From a virus (taxonomy: Duplodnaviria; Caudoviricetes), in the IMG/VR virus record IMGVR_UViG_3300032331_000874, positions 46 through 64,045 of that record: DNA of 64,000 nucleotides. One strand, 5' to 3'. The notes below the pieces were generated by a model. It had not been told where the DNA came from. It did not search any database and was given only the letters and a program-made list of their open reading frames with translations. Of this stretch, positions 46,514 to 55,966 are shown piece by piece (within the stretch, counting starts at the first letter, position 1; each line of letters begins with the position of its first letter). The position numbers and the translations under genes are program-made.

Positions 46514-46746
46514 TACTTATTGTCTCCTTGATTCACGCTCTTGCTGCGCAACCGCAGATTCCCTTTGGTTGACTTACCGCCTTTGCGTAATGGTTTAACG
46601 TGGTCGATGTCTTTCCCGCTTCTATCAATACCCAGCTTGTCGTACATGCGACGCGCTCTTTGGCGCTCATGCTGGTCACTACCGGGACCGGATTTGCCGG
46701 TCTGTAAATCTCTTTTGTATTCCTTCTTGTAGTCTCTGGTTGCCAT
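46513..46746 (-). CDS. Small HNH endonuclease-like protein
   Basis: GKDIDHVKPLRKGG....NLR....VN. Confidence 0.8.
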   Translation of the reverse strand: MATRDYKKEYKRDLQTGKSGPGSDQHERQRARRMYDKLGIDRSGKDIDHVKPLRKGGKSTKGNLRLRSKSVNQGDNK

Positions 46747-46755
46747 GCTGGCCTC

Positions 46756-47427
46756 CTAATGTTGAGGATGATGCTCACAGTCAGTTACCGGACACCAACC
46801 ACACAACGGTGTTTGGTTCGGGTTCCATACATCAACACTATGGCTAGCTGCCAGACGAGCGACACGCTCACGGTAGCGCCACCATAGATGCTCTTGCTCT
46901 TCCGCGTTGACTTCGTGTGTGACCATCGACTTCTTCACCACAAACAACAACGCTGACTTCACACGTTTGATATGCGGGAAATGTTTGAACACCATCAACG
47001 ACATCAGGATTAACTGATCGCGGTCAGGGTATCTATCGTTTCCTGTTTTGTAGTCCACTACTCGCGCTGTAAAGTTATCGTCGTTGACGATAATCAAGTC
47101 AGCGATACCACGCACCCATACGTTCTCACTATCGAAAGCGCAGGGGTTTAAATCTTCTGTCAACGCCATCTCGTACTCAACAAACTTCCTGCCTGTCTTA
47201 GCTTTCAACGAGTCAAGCGTAGGCTGCACAAACGCAAACTGCTCAGGCAAAGGTGTGTCGTCTTTGATGTAGAACTCTGCGGCTTCGTGTAACTGCTTGC
47301 CATATCTTGTCTGCTCTGTGTCTTGGAACGGAAACTTCTTCAACACTTTTACTTCGTGGTATCGACGAGCGCAGCCTTCAAAATCTTTGAGCGAACTGTG
47401 TGACCATTTAATTTTTACTGGAATCAT
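46756..47427 (-). CDS. PD-(D/E)XK exonuclease (Cas4/RecB-like)
   Basis: WSHSSL..F..C, RGIADL, VVDYKTG, QL, CGWCPV..C. Confidence 0.85.
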   Translation of the reverse strand: MIPVKIKWSHSSLKDFEGCARRYHEVKVLKKFPFQDTEQTRYGKQLHEAAEFYIKDDTPLPEQFAFVQPTLDSLKAKTGRKFVEYEMALTEDLNPCAFDSENVWVRGIADLIIVNDDNFTARVVDYKTGNDRYPDRDQLILMSLMVFKHFPHIKRVKSALLFVVKKSMVTHEVNAEEQEHLWWRYRERVARLAASHSVDVWNPNQTPLCGWCPVTDCEHHPQH

Positions 47428-47666
47428 TTCTGCCCCCTTGCGCGGATAGCTATAGCAATTCCTTCAGCCGTGTCGCTGCTACAAACATCTTCTGCTACAT
47501 CGTAAGAATCACATACATTCGCACACGCTTCGCGCTCTGCTGCTGCGACTAAGACGGCAAAGCGTTCAACACTCCTGAAAATGAGTAAGTCAACATCGCT
47601 TTCTATAGATGCTGAAATTGGAAATTCGGCCTCACGCGCCATGCGGATAATGTCGTCTTTATTCAT
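47424..47666 (-). CDS. Small accessory protein (AAAEREACA...IRARG family)
   Basis: DIIRMAREA, ERFA.LVAAAEREACA, AIRARG. Confidence 0.7.
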   Translation of the reverse strand: MNKDDIIRMAREAEFPISASIESDVDLLIFRSVERFAVLVAAAEREACANVCDSYDVAEDVCSSDTAEGIAIAIRARGQK

Positions 47667-47683
47667 GCCTGCCCCCTTGCGCG
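47430..47683. repeat. 15-bp direct repeat CTGCCCCCTTGCGCG flanking the 47424-47666 gene
   Basis: Copies at 47430-47444 and 47669-47683. Confidence 0.8.
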
Positions 47684-47845
47684 TAATTCCTCTTGCGCTT
47701 GTCTAACCATCTCTTGTAATTCGGGCTCATCAAATTTTAATTGGGCAATCAACTCAACTGTTTTGTCTGACGCATTACGCCATATAAACCAACGTCCATT
47801 GATAACCGCCCATACACCCTGCAAGACTTCAATCACTTGTTTCAT
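47663..47845 (-). CDS. Small hypothetical protein
   Basis: ATGA overlaps at both ends; ends LRARGQA. Confidence 0.6.
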   Translation of the reverse strand: MKQVIEVLQGVWAVINGRWFIWRNASDKTVELIAQLKFDEPELQEMVRQAQEELRARGQA

Positions 47846-48045
47846 ATCCGCCTCTGACAAACAAACGCTTCATGGTTTACGCGAAAGGCTCCTGCGTATT
47901 TGCAGTCGCCGACCACCCTGCCTTCAGTTTGCACTTGACCCATCCATATACCCAGCACAAACATAAGCACAGCAGCTAACGACTTAGCCCACACGTCATT
48001 AATCCAAGCAAAGACTTTCTTATAATCAATTGTTTCAACAATCAC
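47842..48045 (-). CDS. Small membrane protein
   Basis: TM segment then C..AGAF......F.C. Confidence 0.6.
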   Translation of the reverse strand: MIVETIDYKKVFAWINDVWAKSLAAVLMFVLGIWMGQVQTEGRVVGDCKYAGAFRVNHEAFVCQRRI

Positions 48046-50003
48046 TTAGCATCTCCATAGCGTTTAGCAACATCAATATCAGCGTTGAGTGGAATCCCCG
48101 GCATGTAGTCAGGGGTAGTAATCATCTGTTCAAGCACCCACGGCAAAGCGTCTGAAACGTGAGTTTCAGGTACGAGAACAGCAACTTCATCATGTACAGT
48201 TAGCACGCATGGGTAACGCTCTTGTATACGCAGCATGCCATCGGTCATGATGCAACGAGCTACTGCCTGAACAATGTTTTCAGTCAGCTTCCCACCGTAC
48301 AACTTCTTTTCATCGGGACCATACGACCATTGCACACGGCCTTTGTCGTCGGCTTTACCTTTCAAATCAGGATAGCGCAAAGACAGACCGCTTGGCAAGA
48401 CGATTTCTTCTTTCTTAAATGTTACGCATTTGTGCGTGTAATCAAAGCCATCTTTCAAGCTACGTGCGATAAGCGCCTGACACATCTCCCAGTAATCAAC
48501 CACAGGCTGCGCTGCTGCACGGTACTTATCAATGATCTCTTTTGCAACTAAGCAATGTACTAACAACTCTTGCTCGGTGCATGTATGCGGGATAGCACGC
48601 ATCTTCTCAAGGTTCACAGGCCAGTCAACAAACTTAGCAACCTTCTCTGATGTCACACCAAGCTGACGTGCATCTGCTTTTGTATAACGTAGTGGTGGCG
48701 CACCAAGAAAGCCTGTCAATAGCTGTGCTGCAAACGATGCCCAGCCTAAGTTATATCCTGCACCAAGCAACGCTGACTTAGCCGACTGCCGTTCTACAGG
48801 ATGTGTTTCCTTTGTCATGCCGGGCAAGTTAAACATCTGCGCACCGAAGGTTGCGTACGCATCACCACCTTCACGGAACACATCAAGCAGCGCATCGTAG
48901 CCAGACAGCCAACCCAATACACGCGGCTCGATCTGCGATAGGTCAGAGACAATCAGCATGTAGCCATCTGGTGCAAGAATAGATTTGCGCAAGAACGAAC
49001 CACGCTTCATGTTCTGCATGTTGATACCGCTGCCTCGGCTAGCAGACCAACGCCCTGTGTGTGCGCCGTAGTAGTTCAATGGAACCGGGAGTTTTCCTCG
49101 CTGCGAGATGTCATAAAATCGCTGCGCTCTCGTACGCTCCAATGTTGATTTAACTCGCAGTCGTGCTTGGCATAGGAGTGCAACGTCCTTTCGTTCTCCA
49201 TTAAGTAGCGCTTGGAAATGTGCATCATTCTTCGCAAGTGCCAGCGTCTTTTTACCTGTAGTCTTGCTGATCTTAGTCGGTACTTCGCATCCCAAACCTT
49301 CCAATAAATCCGCGAACTTCGGGTTGCTAGCCAACGCTGCATCATCAATTTCAAGGCGCGCCAATAGTTCTTCACGTTCTTCTTTCTCTTCTAAGATAGC
49401 GTCGCTGAGCATGTTAGGGTCAAGCTCAAGGACAGGGTGGGTAAACATTTTCAACGTCATGTCAATGAGCATTAGCTCTTTCGCCGGATAGCCCTTGACC
49501 AAACGCTTGAATACTTCGATACACAGAAAGACATCATGCGCACAGTACGCCGCGAGTTCAGCTTCGACCGTCTCAGAAATCTCGGATAGTCCGTCTGTGG
49601 AATGTACGGCTCGACCCTTCTCTGGTAGTCCGAAGTCGGCTGCGAGTTTTGCAAGATTATTGCCAACTTCCACACCTCGTAAAGCACGGGCCATACTGAG
49701 AGAATCAAAAATAAAGCAAGGACTAGCACCGTAAATCCAGTCCAAGATAGACACATCAAACTGAGCGTTATGAGCAAGTACGGCAGTACTACACCAATCA
49801 ACTTGAGCGATGTAATCAGGTAGATTTTCATGGGTCACCCATTCAGTAGTGTCTTCATCAAGATAGCGGAAGCACGCGCCAAACGCTTTAAAGCGTGGGT
49901 CACGTATGTACTCCTCAGTCGTCAGCTTCGATAGCGTGTAGTCCTTGCTAGACCAGCGCGTCTCGAAGTCAACAACGAGGATACGTTTGTAAGGCTTCTT
50001 CAA
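48042..50003 (-). CDS. polA: DNA polymerase family A with 3'-5' exonuclease domain
   Basis: ExoI VDFET, ExoII HNAQFD, ExoIII YCAHD; motif A DLSQIEPR; motif B RQSAKSALLGAGY; motif C TVHDEV. Confidence 0.93.
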   Translation of the reverse strand: MKKPYKRILVVDFETRWSSKDYTLSKLTTEEYIRDPRFKAFGACFRYLDEDTTEWVTHENLPDYIAQVDWCSTAVLAHNAQFDVSILDWIYGASPCFIFDSLSMARALRGVEVGNNLAKLAADFGLPEKGRAVHSTDGLSEISETVEAELAAYCAHDVFLCIEVFKRLVKGYPAKELMLIDMTLKMFTHPVLELDPNMLSDAILEEKEEREELLARLEIDDAALASNPKFADLLEGLGCEVPTKISKTTGKKTLALAKNDAHFQALLNGERKDVALLCQARLRVKSTLERTRAQRFYDISQRGKLPVPLNYYGAHTGRWSASRGSGINMQNMKRGSFLRKSILAPDGYMLIVSDLSQIEPRVLGWLSGYDALLDVFREGGDAYATFGAQMFNLPGMTKETHPVERQSAKSALLGAGYNLGWASFAAQLLTGFLGAPPLRYTKADARQLGVTSEKVAKFVDWPVNLEKMRAIPHTCTEQELLVHCLVAKEIIDKYRAAAQPVVDYWEMCQALIARSLKDGFDYTHKCVTFKKEEIVLPSGLSLRYPDLKGKADDKGRVQWSYGPDEKKLYGGKLTENIVQAVARCIMTDGMLRIQERYPCVLTVHDEVAVLVPETHVSDALPWVLEQMITTPDYMPGIPLNADIDVAKRYGDAK

Positions 50004-50266
50004 TTCAATATCCTTTTCGGTCCGCCTTCGGCTTCGTTAATCATCTCGTACGCGCTCGTTATCATCATCAATAGCGTGGACAAGTTAGCGTTGAATGTGT
50101 ACGTCTGTAGTCTGCCATCTGCTTCATCATAGACAAGGAACACAGCGTGCTTCTTGGCATCAGCTTCATGCAACGTCTTAGTAAACGCTTCTACTGCTTC
50201 TTTGATGAACGCTTCTTTGTCTACAGTCTCGCTACTCTCAAGCACATTCGTTAGTTCTTCTGTCAT
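50000..50266 (-). CDS. Hypothetical protein
   Basis: ORF with overlaps to both neighbours. Confidence 0.6.
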   Translation of the reverse strand: MTEELTNVLESSETVDKEAFIKEAVEAFTKTLHEADAKKHAVFLVYDEADGRLQTYTFNANLSTLLMMITSAYEMINEAEGGPKRILN

Positions 50267-50550
50267 GTAAACCCTTTCAGTATCTGCTCAAGCAGATCAA
50301 TGTTGTCTTCGTTAATTACCGCAGCCACACCCTGCGCTGTGCGAATCTTTTCCATCTCAGCTTCTTGCAACGGTGTTGGTTTGTTCTTACCAGCCTTACA
50401 CTCGATAGCAATGAAACGCCCTTTGTAGCAACAGATAATGTCTGGCACACCAGACTTACCGTATCCGCCTGTTACTGGGGAGAAGTAATACACGCCCCAC
50501 TCTTTTAGTATCTTGTATAGCTTGGCTTTTACTTTAGCTTCAGGTGTCAT
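50263..50550 (-). CDS. VRR-NUC nuclease / Holliday-junction resolvase
   Basis: TPEAKVK, GVPDII, AIECKA, PTPLQ. Confidence 0.85.
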   Translation of the reverse strand: MTPEAKVKAKLYKILKEWGVYYFSPVTGGYGKSGVPDIICCYKGRFIAIECKAGKNKPTPLQEAEMEKIRTAQGVAAVINEDNIDLLEQILKGFT

Positions 50551-51464
50551 GTGAGTCCTAACAAAGTATCTGCTGCGCGTTTAATGTTCTCCCACGAATC
50601 ATATCGAGGTCTATAGCCAAACTGTTCTGCTGTTTGGTTGCGCGAATAATAGAAAGTCTTTAGTCCTGTGGGCGAAACAAACGTAGGATGAGTAACTTCA
50701 AACTTTAATCCGTAGGTACGCTTCATGTTCGCCAACAAATCATTCTTAGTAATCGGCTCTCGCGTGTAGCAATCCAACGCACCGTTAGCCGTAGGTTGAA
50801 TAAGTATCCACGATAGTAGATGCCCTAAGTCCTCGGGTCCGATAAAGTCCCGCACAAGGTTTGTTGTGTCCACAGGCATGACTTCATTATTCTTAACAGC
50901 GCGAATCATATTCATCGCCATAAAGTTCAAATTAATATCCTGTGTACCGCTGATGTAATTAAACACACGCACATCCACTATGTGTTTGTCTCGCAGCGTG
51001 CGATGCCTAACCTCTGCTTGATGCTTGGCTAACCCATAGTAGTGCTGTGGTTGTGGGCTAGTTGGAAACGTAACATTCGTACTCCACCCCGCAGGGTCAA
51101 TATCAAAAACGTCACCGTACGCTGCACCACTACTAATGAAAATGTACTTGGTGTTAGGGCGGCGCAAGAAGCGCAACGCAAGCTCGTCATACTTGTAGGT
51201 GATAGGGAATATGTCAGCGCCCATCGCTGCTAACTTAACAGGGTCACCTACACCTACGAAGTTAATTACCGCATCTACATACCACTGCGTATCAGGCAGC
51301 ACATGGTAGCCAAACGATAGATAGTCACGCAGTCCTGCCGCTTGCATGAACGTATCAACTTCTGCTGGCTTACGCGAGAACAACATCAGCGCGTGGTTAT
51401 CCGCCAGATGCCGAATAAAATCCTTAGCCATCTGACTTGTCGCACCTAGTATTGCAATCCTCAT
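50547..51464 (-). CDS. NAD(P)-dependent sugar epimerase/reductase (extended SDR; YerF-like by context)
   Basis: ILGATSQMA, ISSGAAYG, YGLAK (YxxxK), VRVFNY, RDFI. Confidence 0.8.
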   Translation of the reverse strand: MRIAILGATSQMAKDFIRHLADNHALMLFSRKPAEVDTFMQAAGLRDYLSFGYHVLPDTQWYVDAVINFVGVGDPVKLAAMGADIFPITYKYDELALRFLRRPNTKYIFISSGAAYGDVFDIDPAGWSTNVTFPTSPQPQHYYGLAKHQAEVRHRTLRDKHIVDVRVFNYISGTQDINLNFMAMNMIRAVKNNEVMPVDTTNLVRDFIGPEDLGHLLSWILIQPTANGALDCYTREPITKNDLLANMKRTYGLKFEVTHPTFVSPTGLKTFYYSRNQTAEQFGYRPRYDSWENIKRAADTLLGLT

Positions 51465-52198
51465 GGCTTCACCACCATTTCTTCTTCTATAGTTTCAGGC
51501 GGCAAGAACGGTGTCATGTCATGCAGCGGCGCTTGCTTACCATCCTTGAACGACTGCGAAGGCAGGACTTGTTGGTCTGGTGTGCAACGGCAGTCAAATA
51601 TTATTGAATCGTAGTCACAAAACAAAAGATCAAAGTCTCTATTCATGCCTGTCACGTCTTCTATAAACATGTAGTTCACATCAAAAGCTGCTGCCACATC
51701 TCTGAAATTAGGAAAAAACAAACCTGTTTTATCGTTGACACCATGCACGCGTCCTTCAAAAAACTTTGACTGCGTGTTTTTGATGCTGAGGTAACCGGAG
51801 TTGTTTATCACCACAATCTTAATGTTTAAATAATGTTCGCTAATAACAGCAAGCTCTTGTATGTTGGACATAAAGCTACCATCACCTACGATACAAATAA
51901 CTTGTTTAGCTCCAGCCTTAGCTACGCCTATAGCAGCAGGTAACGCCCAGCCCATGTCACCTTGCGACTGACTCATCACAAGACGCTGTGTCCCTTTGAA
52001 TTTGTACGCTTGCGGGACTGCATAGAAAGCTGTACCAGCGTCACACATAATGACAGCTTCATCATCACTGTGTTTGCTTATGGCATCAAGCACTGCATAA
52101 ATATTCAGCCCGTTGCTGTCATCTAAATACTCTGGCTGCATGACAGGCCACTTGTATTTCCAATGCTCACACTTGGCTAACCATTCATTTCTTGTCAT
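51461..52198 (-). CDS. ThDP-dependent enzyme, C-terminal PP domain (acetolactate synthase/YerE-like, split gene part 2)
   Basis: GDMGWALPAAIG, GDGSFMSN...INNSGY ThDP motif; ATGA overlap and own GAGG SD. Confidence 0.88.
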   Translation of the reverse strand: MTRNEWLAKCEHWKYKWPVMQPEYLDDSNGLNIYAVLDAISKHSDDEAVIMCDAGTAFYAVPQAYKFKGTQRLVMSQSQGDMGWALPAAIGVAKAGAKQVICIVGDGSFMSNIQELAVISEHYLNIKIVVINNSGYLSIKNTQSKFFEGRVHGVNDKTGLFFPNFRDVAAAFDVNYMFIEDVTGMNRDFDLLFCDYDSIIFDCRCTPDQQVLPSQSFKDGKQAPLHDMTPFLPPETIEEEMVVKP

Positions 52199-53202
52199 AG
52201 CATCCCTCTAAAAAAACTATCGAGCGTTGTTTCTATTTTCCAATCTATTGGAATGATGTCTTTGTGCAATTCATGGACTTCAATGTCTACGTATATCTTG
52301 TACGCCGTAGGATTAAACTGCGCAGGGTCGTAGCCCACAACAGGTGCGCCAAGCGATGTGCCTAAGAACAGTAACAAGTCAGCGTTCTGCATAGCGAAGT
52401 TACCTGCACGATTACCACGCACACCGGGCGTGCCGATGTTTAGTGGGTGTGTGTACGGTGCGTAGTCTTGCGCTCCATAGGTTGTGACGAACGGTATCTT
52501 GAACTGCTCAACAAACTTCATAAACCTTTCTACTTCCCCTGACATCCTGACACCTGTTCCAACCACAACCAACGGACGCTGTGCTTTATTCAACGTGTCA
52601 GTTAGTTTGTATTTCCCTGTAAACATCAGGTACTCACGCGCAACGTATCGCTGCTCGTACTCAGGCATCTGTGCAGTTTGTATGTCGCTAGGTATATCCA
52701 ACCACACAGGACCCTTTCTACCGAACTGCGCCTCACCTATGGCTTCCTGCAACGCCATTGGCACTTCTTCTGGATAGCCTATGAACCGCGCTACCTTTGT
52801 CATGGTACGCATCGTTGCCACCACATCATGCTCTTGCGTACCATAGTGGCGTAAGTTTAAAAACTTAGTTTCTCTCAACCATGTCGTGCAGTTGTCGCGC
52901 TTAACATTGCCTGACAGAAAGAGAATAGGCACACCGTCCTGCCACGCGTTAAGCACGCTAGTCGCACAGTTAGTACCACCGCACCCTGTTGTGGGGTTAA
53001 CCACAGCAAGCTCACCTGTGTACTTAGCTTCTCCTATGGCTGCATGCCCTGCGCCTTGCTCGTTGTGATAGCAGATGTATTCGATCTTCCCATGCTTGAT
53101 GAAGCCATCATTCAATCCTGCTGCACCACCACCCATCAAGCCATGCACACGCCGTACACCTATGCTATACAGGTAGTCTGCTATCCAATCAGCTACTCTC
53201 AT
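52195..53202 (-). CDS. ThDP-dependent enzyme, N-terminal PYR + central domains (acetolactate synthase/YerE-like, split gene part 1)
   Basis: HNEQGAGHAA (catalytic Glu), TTGCGGTN, GRKGPVWLDIPSD, NFAMQNADLLL. Confidence 0.88.
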   Translation of the reverse strand: MRVADWIADYLYSIGVRRVHGLMGGGAAGLNDGFIKHGKIEYICYHNEQGAGHAAIGEAKYTGELAVVNPTTGCGGTNCATSVLNAWQDGVPILFLSGNVKRDNCTTWLRETKFLNLRHYGTQEHDVVATMRTMTKVARFIGYPEEVPMALQEAIGEAQFGRKGPVWLDIPSDIQTAQMPEYEQRYVAREYLMFTGKYKLTDTLNKAQRPLVVVGTGVRMSGEVERFMKFVEQFKIPFVTTYGAQDYAPYTHPLNIGTPGVRGNRAGNFAMQNADLLLFLGTSLGAPVVGYDPAQFNPTAYKIYVDIEVHELHKDIIPIDWKIETTLDSFFRGML

Positions 53203-54434
53203 TAAAAATCTCCCATGAACGCAGACACTTTCTCTGCTACGTACTCCAACATTTCTTTAGTCAGCGCAGGTTGCACACCTAACCACAGCGTGTTGTTCAT
53301 TACTTGGTCAGTCTTGCGCAAGTCGCCTTGCACTCGATAGTTCTGGCCTTTCAAGAACGGTTGCTTCGTTGCGTTGCCAGCAAACAGTAAGCGTGTGCCT
53401 ATCTGGTTCTGGTTTAAGTAACGAACAAACGTGTCACGATCAAAGTCACAGCTATCAGAGAGCGTGATAGGAAACCCAAACCATGAAGGCGTAGCTAAAG
53501 CATAAACGCCGGGGAACCATAGGTTAGTATGCTGTAGCTTGTCAGCTAAGAACTGGTAGTTATCCTGTCTTGCTTTAACAAACTCATGCACACGCTCAAG
53601 CTGCGCTACACCACACGCTGCTTGCATCTCTGTGATCTTTAAGTTGTAACCCACATGACTGAACACATACTTGTGGTCATAGCCTTGTGGTAAGTCGCCA
53701 TGCTTCTGATCGAACCGCATGCCACATGTGTTGTCACTACCCGGCGAACACCAGCAGTCACGCCCCCAATCACGGAACGATTCCACTAAACGTAGTAACT
53801 CCAGATCATTAACAATGACTGCCCCACCTTCGCCCATCGTAATGTGATGCGCGGGGAAAAACGATAATGTAGATAAGTGTCCAAATGTACCCACCTTTTG
53901 CCCTCGCCACTCAGCGCCCAACGCATCGCAGCAGTCCTCGATTAACCACAGGTTGTACTTCTTTGCGAACGCTACAACCACGTCAAGATTGAATGGGTTG
54001 CCCAACGTATGCGCAATGAAGATAGCCTTAGTCTTTTCAGTAACGGCACTCTCAAGCATACTCACATCGATGTTAAGCGTTGCATCTACATCCAAGAACA
54101 CAGGCACACAACCGAACTGAATGATCGGGTTGATCGTAGTAGGGAACCCACACGCAACAGAGATAACCTCGTTCCCCCGCTTGATCGCTCTGTCTCCCAA
54201 CTTAGGAGACGTAAGCGCAGAGAAGGCTACGAGGTTAGCTGAACTGCCTGAGTTGACTGTACGCACAGCCTTGCACTTTAAGTATTCACCTAGCATGCGT
54301 TCAAACTGCGCGTTGTATGCACCCGCAGTCAACCAGCCCTTGTCAACGGCATCGTGCATGTAGTCTTTCTCACGATCTCCCACCACCTGCCCAGAGGCAG
54401 GGATGAAAGTCTTACCGGCTACGAAGTTACTCAT
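53202..54434 (-). CDS. rfbH: CDP-4-keto-6-deoxyglucose-3-dehydrase E1 (RfbH/DdhC)
   Basis: NSGSSANL, EDCCDALG, SFFPAHHITMGEGG (His in place of the aminotransferase Lys), GRDCWCSPGSDNTCG Fe-S motif, TRLLFAGN. Confidence 0.9.
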   Translation of the reverse strand: MSNFVAGKTFIPASGQVVGDREKDYMHDAVDKGWLTAGAYNAQFERMLGEYLKCKAVRTVNSGSSANLVAFSALTSPKLGDRAIKRGNEVISVACGFPTTINPIIQFGCVPVFLDVDATLNIDVSMLESAVTEKTKAIFIAHTLGNPFNLDVVVAFAKKYNLWLIEDCCDALGAEWRGQKVGTFGHLSTLSFFPAHHITMGEGGAVIVNDLELLRLVESFRDWGRDCWCSPGSDNTCGMRFDQKHGDLPQGYDHKYVFSHVGYNLKITEMQAACGVAQLERVHEFVKARQDNYQFLADKLQHTNLWFPGVYALATPSWFGFPITLSDSCDFDRDTFVRYLNQNQIGTRLLFAGNATKQPFLKGQNYRVQGDLRKTDQVMNNTLWLGVQPALTKEMLEYVAEKVSAFMGDF

Positions 54435-55225
54435 ACTGGCGTTTGGATAGGAGTGAAGCCGGGCGTTGCTTGTGCAACAGGTGCAGCCGGAGGCGGCATC
54501 AAGATGCCATCAAACATGTGAGTACCAACGTGCGCTAACTGCGCCCACGGTGCAGCCCATACAGTACCGCCGCATTTCTCACGCCACTCACGGCAGAAAT
54601 GATAGTCCTCAGACAGCAAGCGTTCGCCAGTAGGCTCGATGCTAGTAGCAAAGAACTCAGAGATACGCTCCTTACCAATGTTGCCACCCAAGTCATGTGT
54701 GTCGTTGATGTAGCTAGGTACGTGGTCGCGCAGTTGTTCAAACACCTCACGTTTAATCAGCATGAAACCTGTGCCACCGTTCCATATCTCAACAGGCTGG
54801 TCAAGCTGCACCTGTGCTTCACCTGCGTAGCCAACTAAGTTAACAACGAACGAGCCAGAGTACTTACGCAGTTCATGTGGCGGCACACCAGCAAGCGCAG
54901 CTTTGTGAATCATCTCCCAATTAATCTCTTTCTTAGGATAGATACCGCAGATGATTGGCTTGTCTGCCAACATCATAGGCAGTACGTCCGCAGGGTTGAA
55001 ACGAATGTCAGCGTCAATGAACATCAGGTGCGTGAAGTCAGACTTCAAGAAGCCATGTGCCAACGCATTACGCGCACGCTGAATCAACGACTCGTTAAAC
55101 AGGAACGACATAGCTACGTCAATCTTATTGTCACGCAACGTATTCTGTAATGTCATCAGCGACTGCGCGAAGTAACCAAAGCATTGGCCGCCGTACATTG
55201 GTGTTGCTATAAAAACTTTTGCCAT
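54431..55225 (-). CDS. GT-A fold glycosyltransferase-like protein
   Basis: VFIATPMYGG, ESLIQRARN, LMFIDAD (DxD), GTGFMLIKR, LSEDYHFC. Confidence 0.75.
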   Translation of the reverse strand: MAKVFIATPMYGGQCFGYFAQSLMTLQNTLRDNKIDVAMSFLFNESLIQRARNALAHGFLKSDFTHLMFIDADIRFNPADVLPMMLADKPIICGIYPKKEINWEMIHKAALAGVPPHELRKYSGSFVVNLVGYAGEAQVQLDQPVEIWNGGTGFMLIKREVFEQLRDHVPSYINDTHDLGGNIGKERISEFFATSIEPTGERLLSEDYHFCREWREKCGGTVWAAPWAQLAHVGTHMFDGILMPPPAAPVAQATPGFTPIQTPV

Positions 55226-55234
55226 TCCTAACTC

Positions 55235-55966
55235 CTAGTATTTAAAGATAGATTTCTGTAGCCACGGGAATGTAGCTCCAAACTTGTACTGCATATATTC
55301 ATTGTTACCTAAGAACGTCTCCTTGCTCATGCCTCCTGACCCATCTTTGGATAATCGGTAATTAACTGAGTGCTTGCCTGTCGTACCTGTTGATAGCTTT
55401 GCGTTCATCAATGCGCGTTGAAAGTTTCTATCCGATACAACAGGTACGTACCATGCGTGGCTGTGCTGCCTAGCTATCGCTGTACGTACTGCGTAGCATG
55501 AGTTGTCAACGAGGTAGTGCCCTGTTGCGTTAGGCTGCATGCCTAGTGACTCGCAGTTGTCATCACAAATAAAGTTGCCATCAGCGTCAACGATCTTTCT
55601 AAAGCTATACGCCCACGCTAGGCTGTGTTCTTCTATCAACGCAACCAAACCCTCAATGTGGTCAGGCTCGTACCAGTTGTCATCGTCAAGGTAGAAGATC
55701 ACATCCTCGTCAACAACAAATGGAGCCATAGCAAAAACGGGAGCCATACCGTAGCCATCGCCGCCGTTAGCATTAGGTAGATAAACACCTTCCACATAGG
55801 GGTAGTCCTCTAATAGTATGTCCACTTTTACGTGGTGCGGTTGACCATGAGCAAACACGTAGTGCCTTACTTTGCCTTTGTACGTTTGCTTACGTACACT
55901 CTCAAGTGCTTGGCATATCGTGTTTCTGCCTTGCGTGCTAGTTATTACGGCTACGGATAAGCTCAT
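55235..55966 (-). CDS. Glycosyltransferase family 2-like
   Basis: SVAVIT...ALESVRKQTY, IFYLDDDNWY..DH. Confidence 0.8.
   Translation of the reverse strand: MSLSVAVITSTQGRNTICQALESVRKQTYKGKVRHYVFAHGQPHHVKVDILLEDYPYVEGVYLPNANGGDGYGMAPVFAMAPFVVDEDVIFYLDDDNWYEPDHIEGLVALIEEHSLAWAYSFRKIVDADGNFICDDNCESLGMQPNATGHYLVDNSCYAVRTAIARQHSHAWYVPVVSDRNFQRALMNAKLSTGTTGKHSVNYRLSKDGSGGMSKETFLGNNEYMQYKFGATFPWLQKSIFKY

Noticed and set aside
46513-46746. Mobile homing endonuclease or intron
   Set aside because: Only 77 aa, free-standing, and neighbouring genes are uninterrupted
46756-47427. Cas4-like nuclease as evidence of a CRISPR system
   Set aside because: Stand-alone PD-(D/E)XK exonucleases are routine in phage replication modules
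51461-53202. Frameshifted pseudogene, or IlvB for branched-chain amino acid synthesis
   Set aside because: Clean ATGA coupling with its own SD and intact motifs; context between RfbH and an SDR points to sugar branching; no ilvC/ilvD/ilvN
53202-54434. DegT/PerA-type sugar aminotransferase
   Set aside because: The Schiff-base Lys position is His (PAHHIT) and the Fe-S Cys cluster is present, which is diagnostic of the E1 dehydrase
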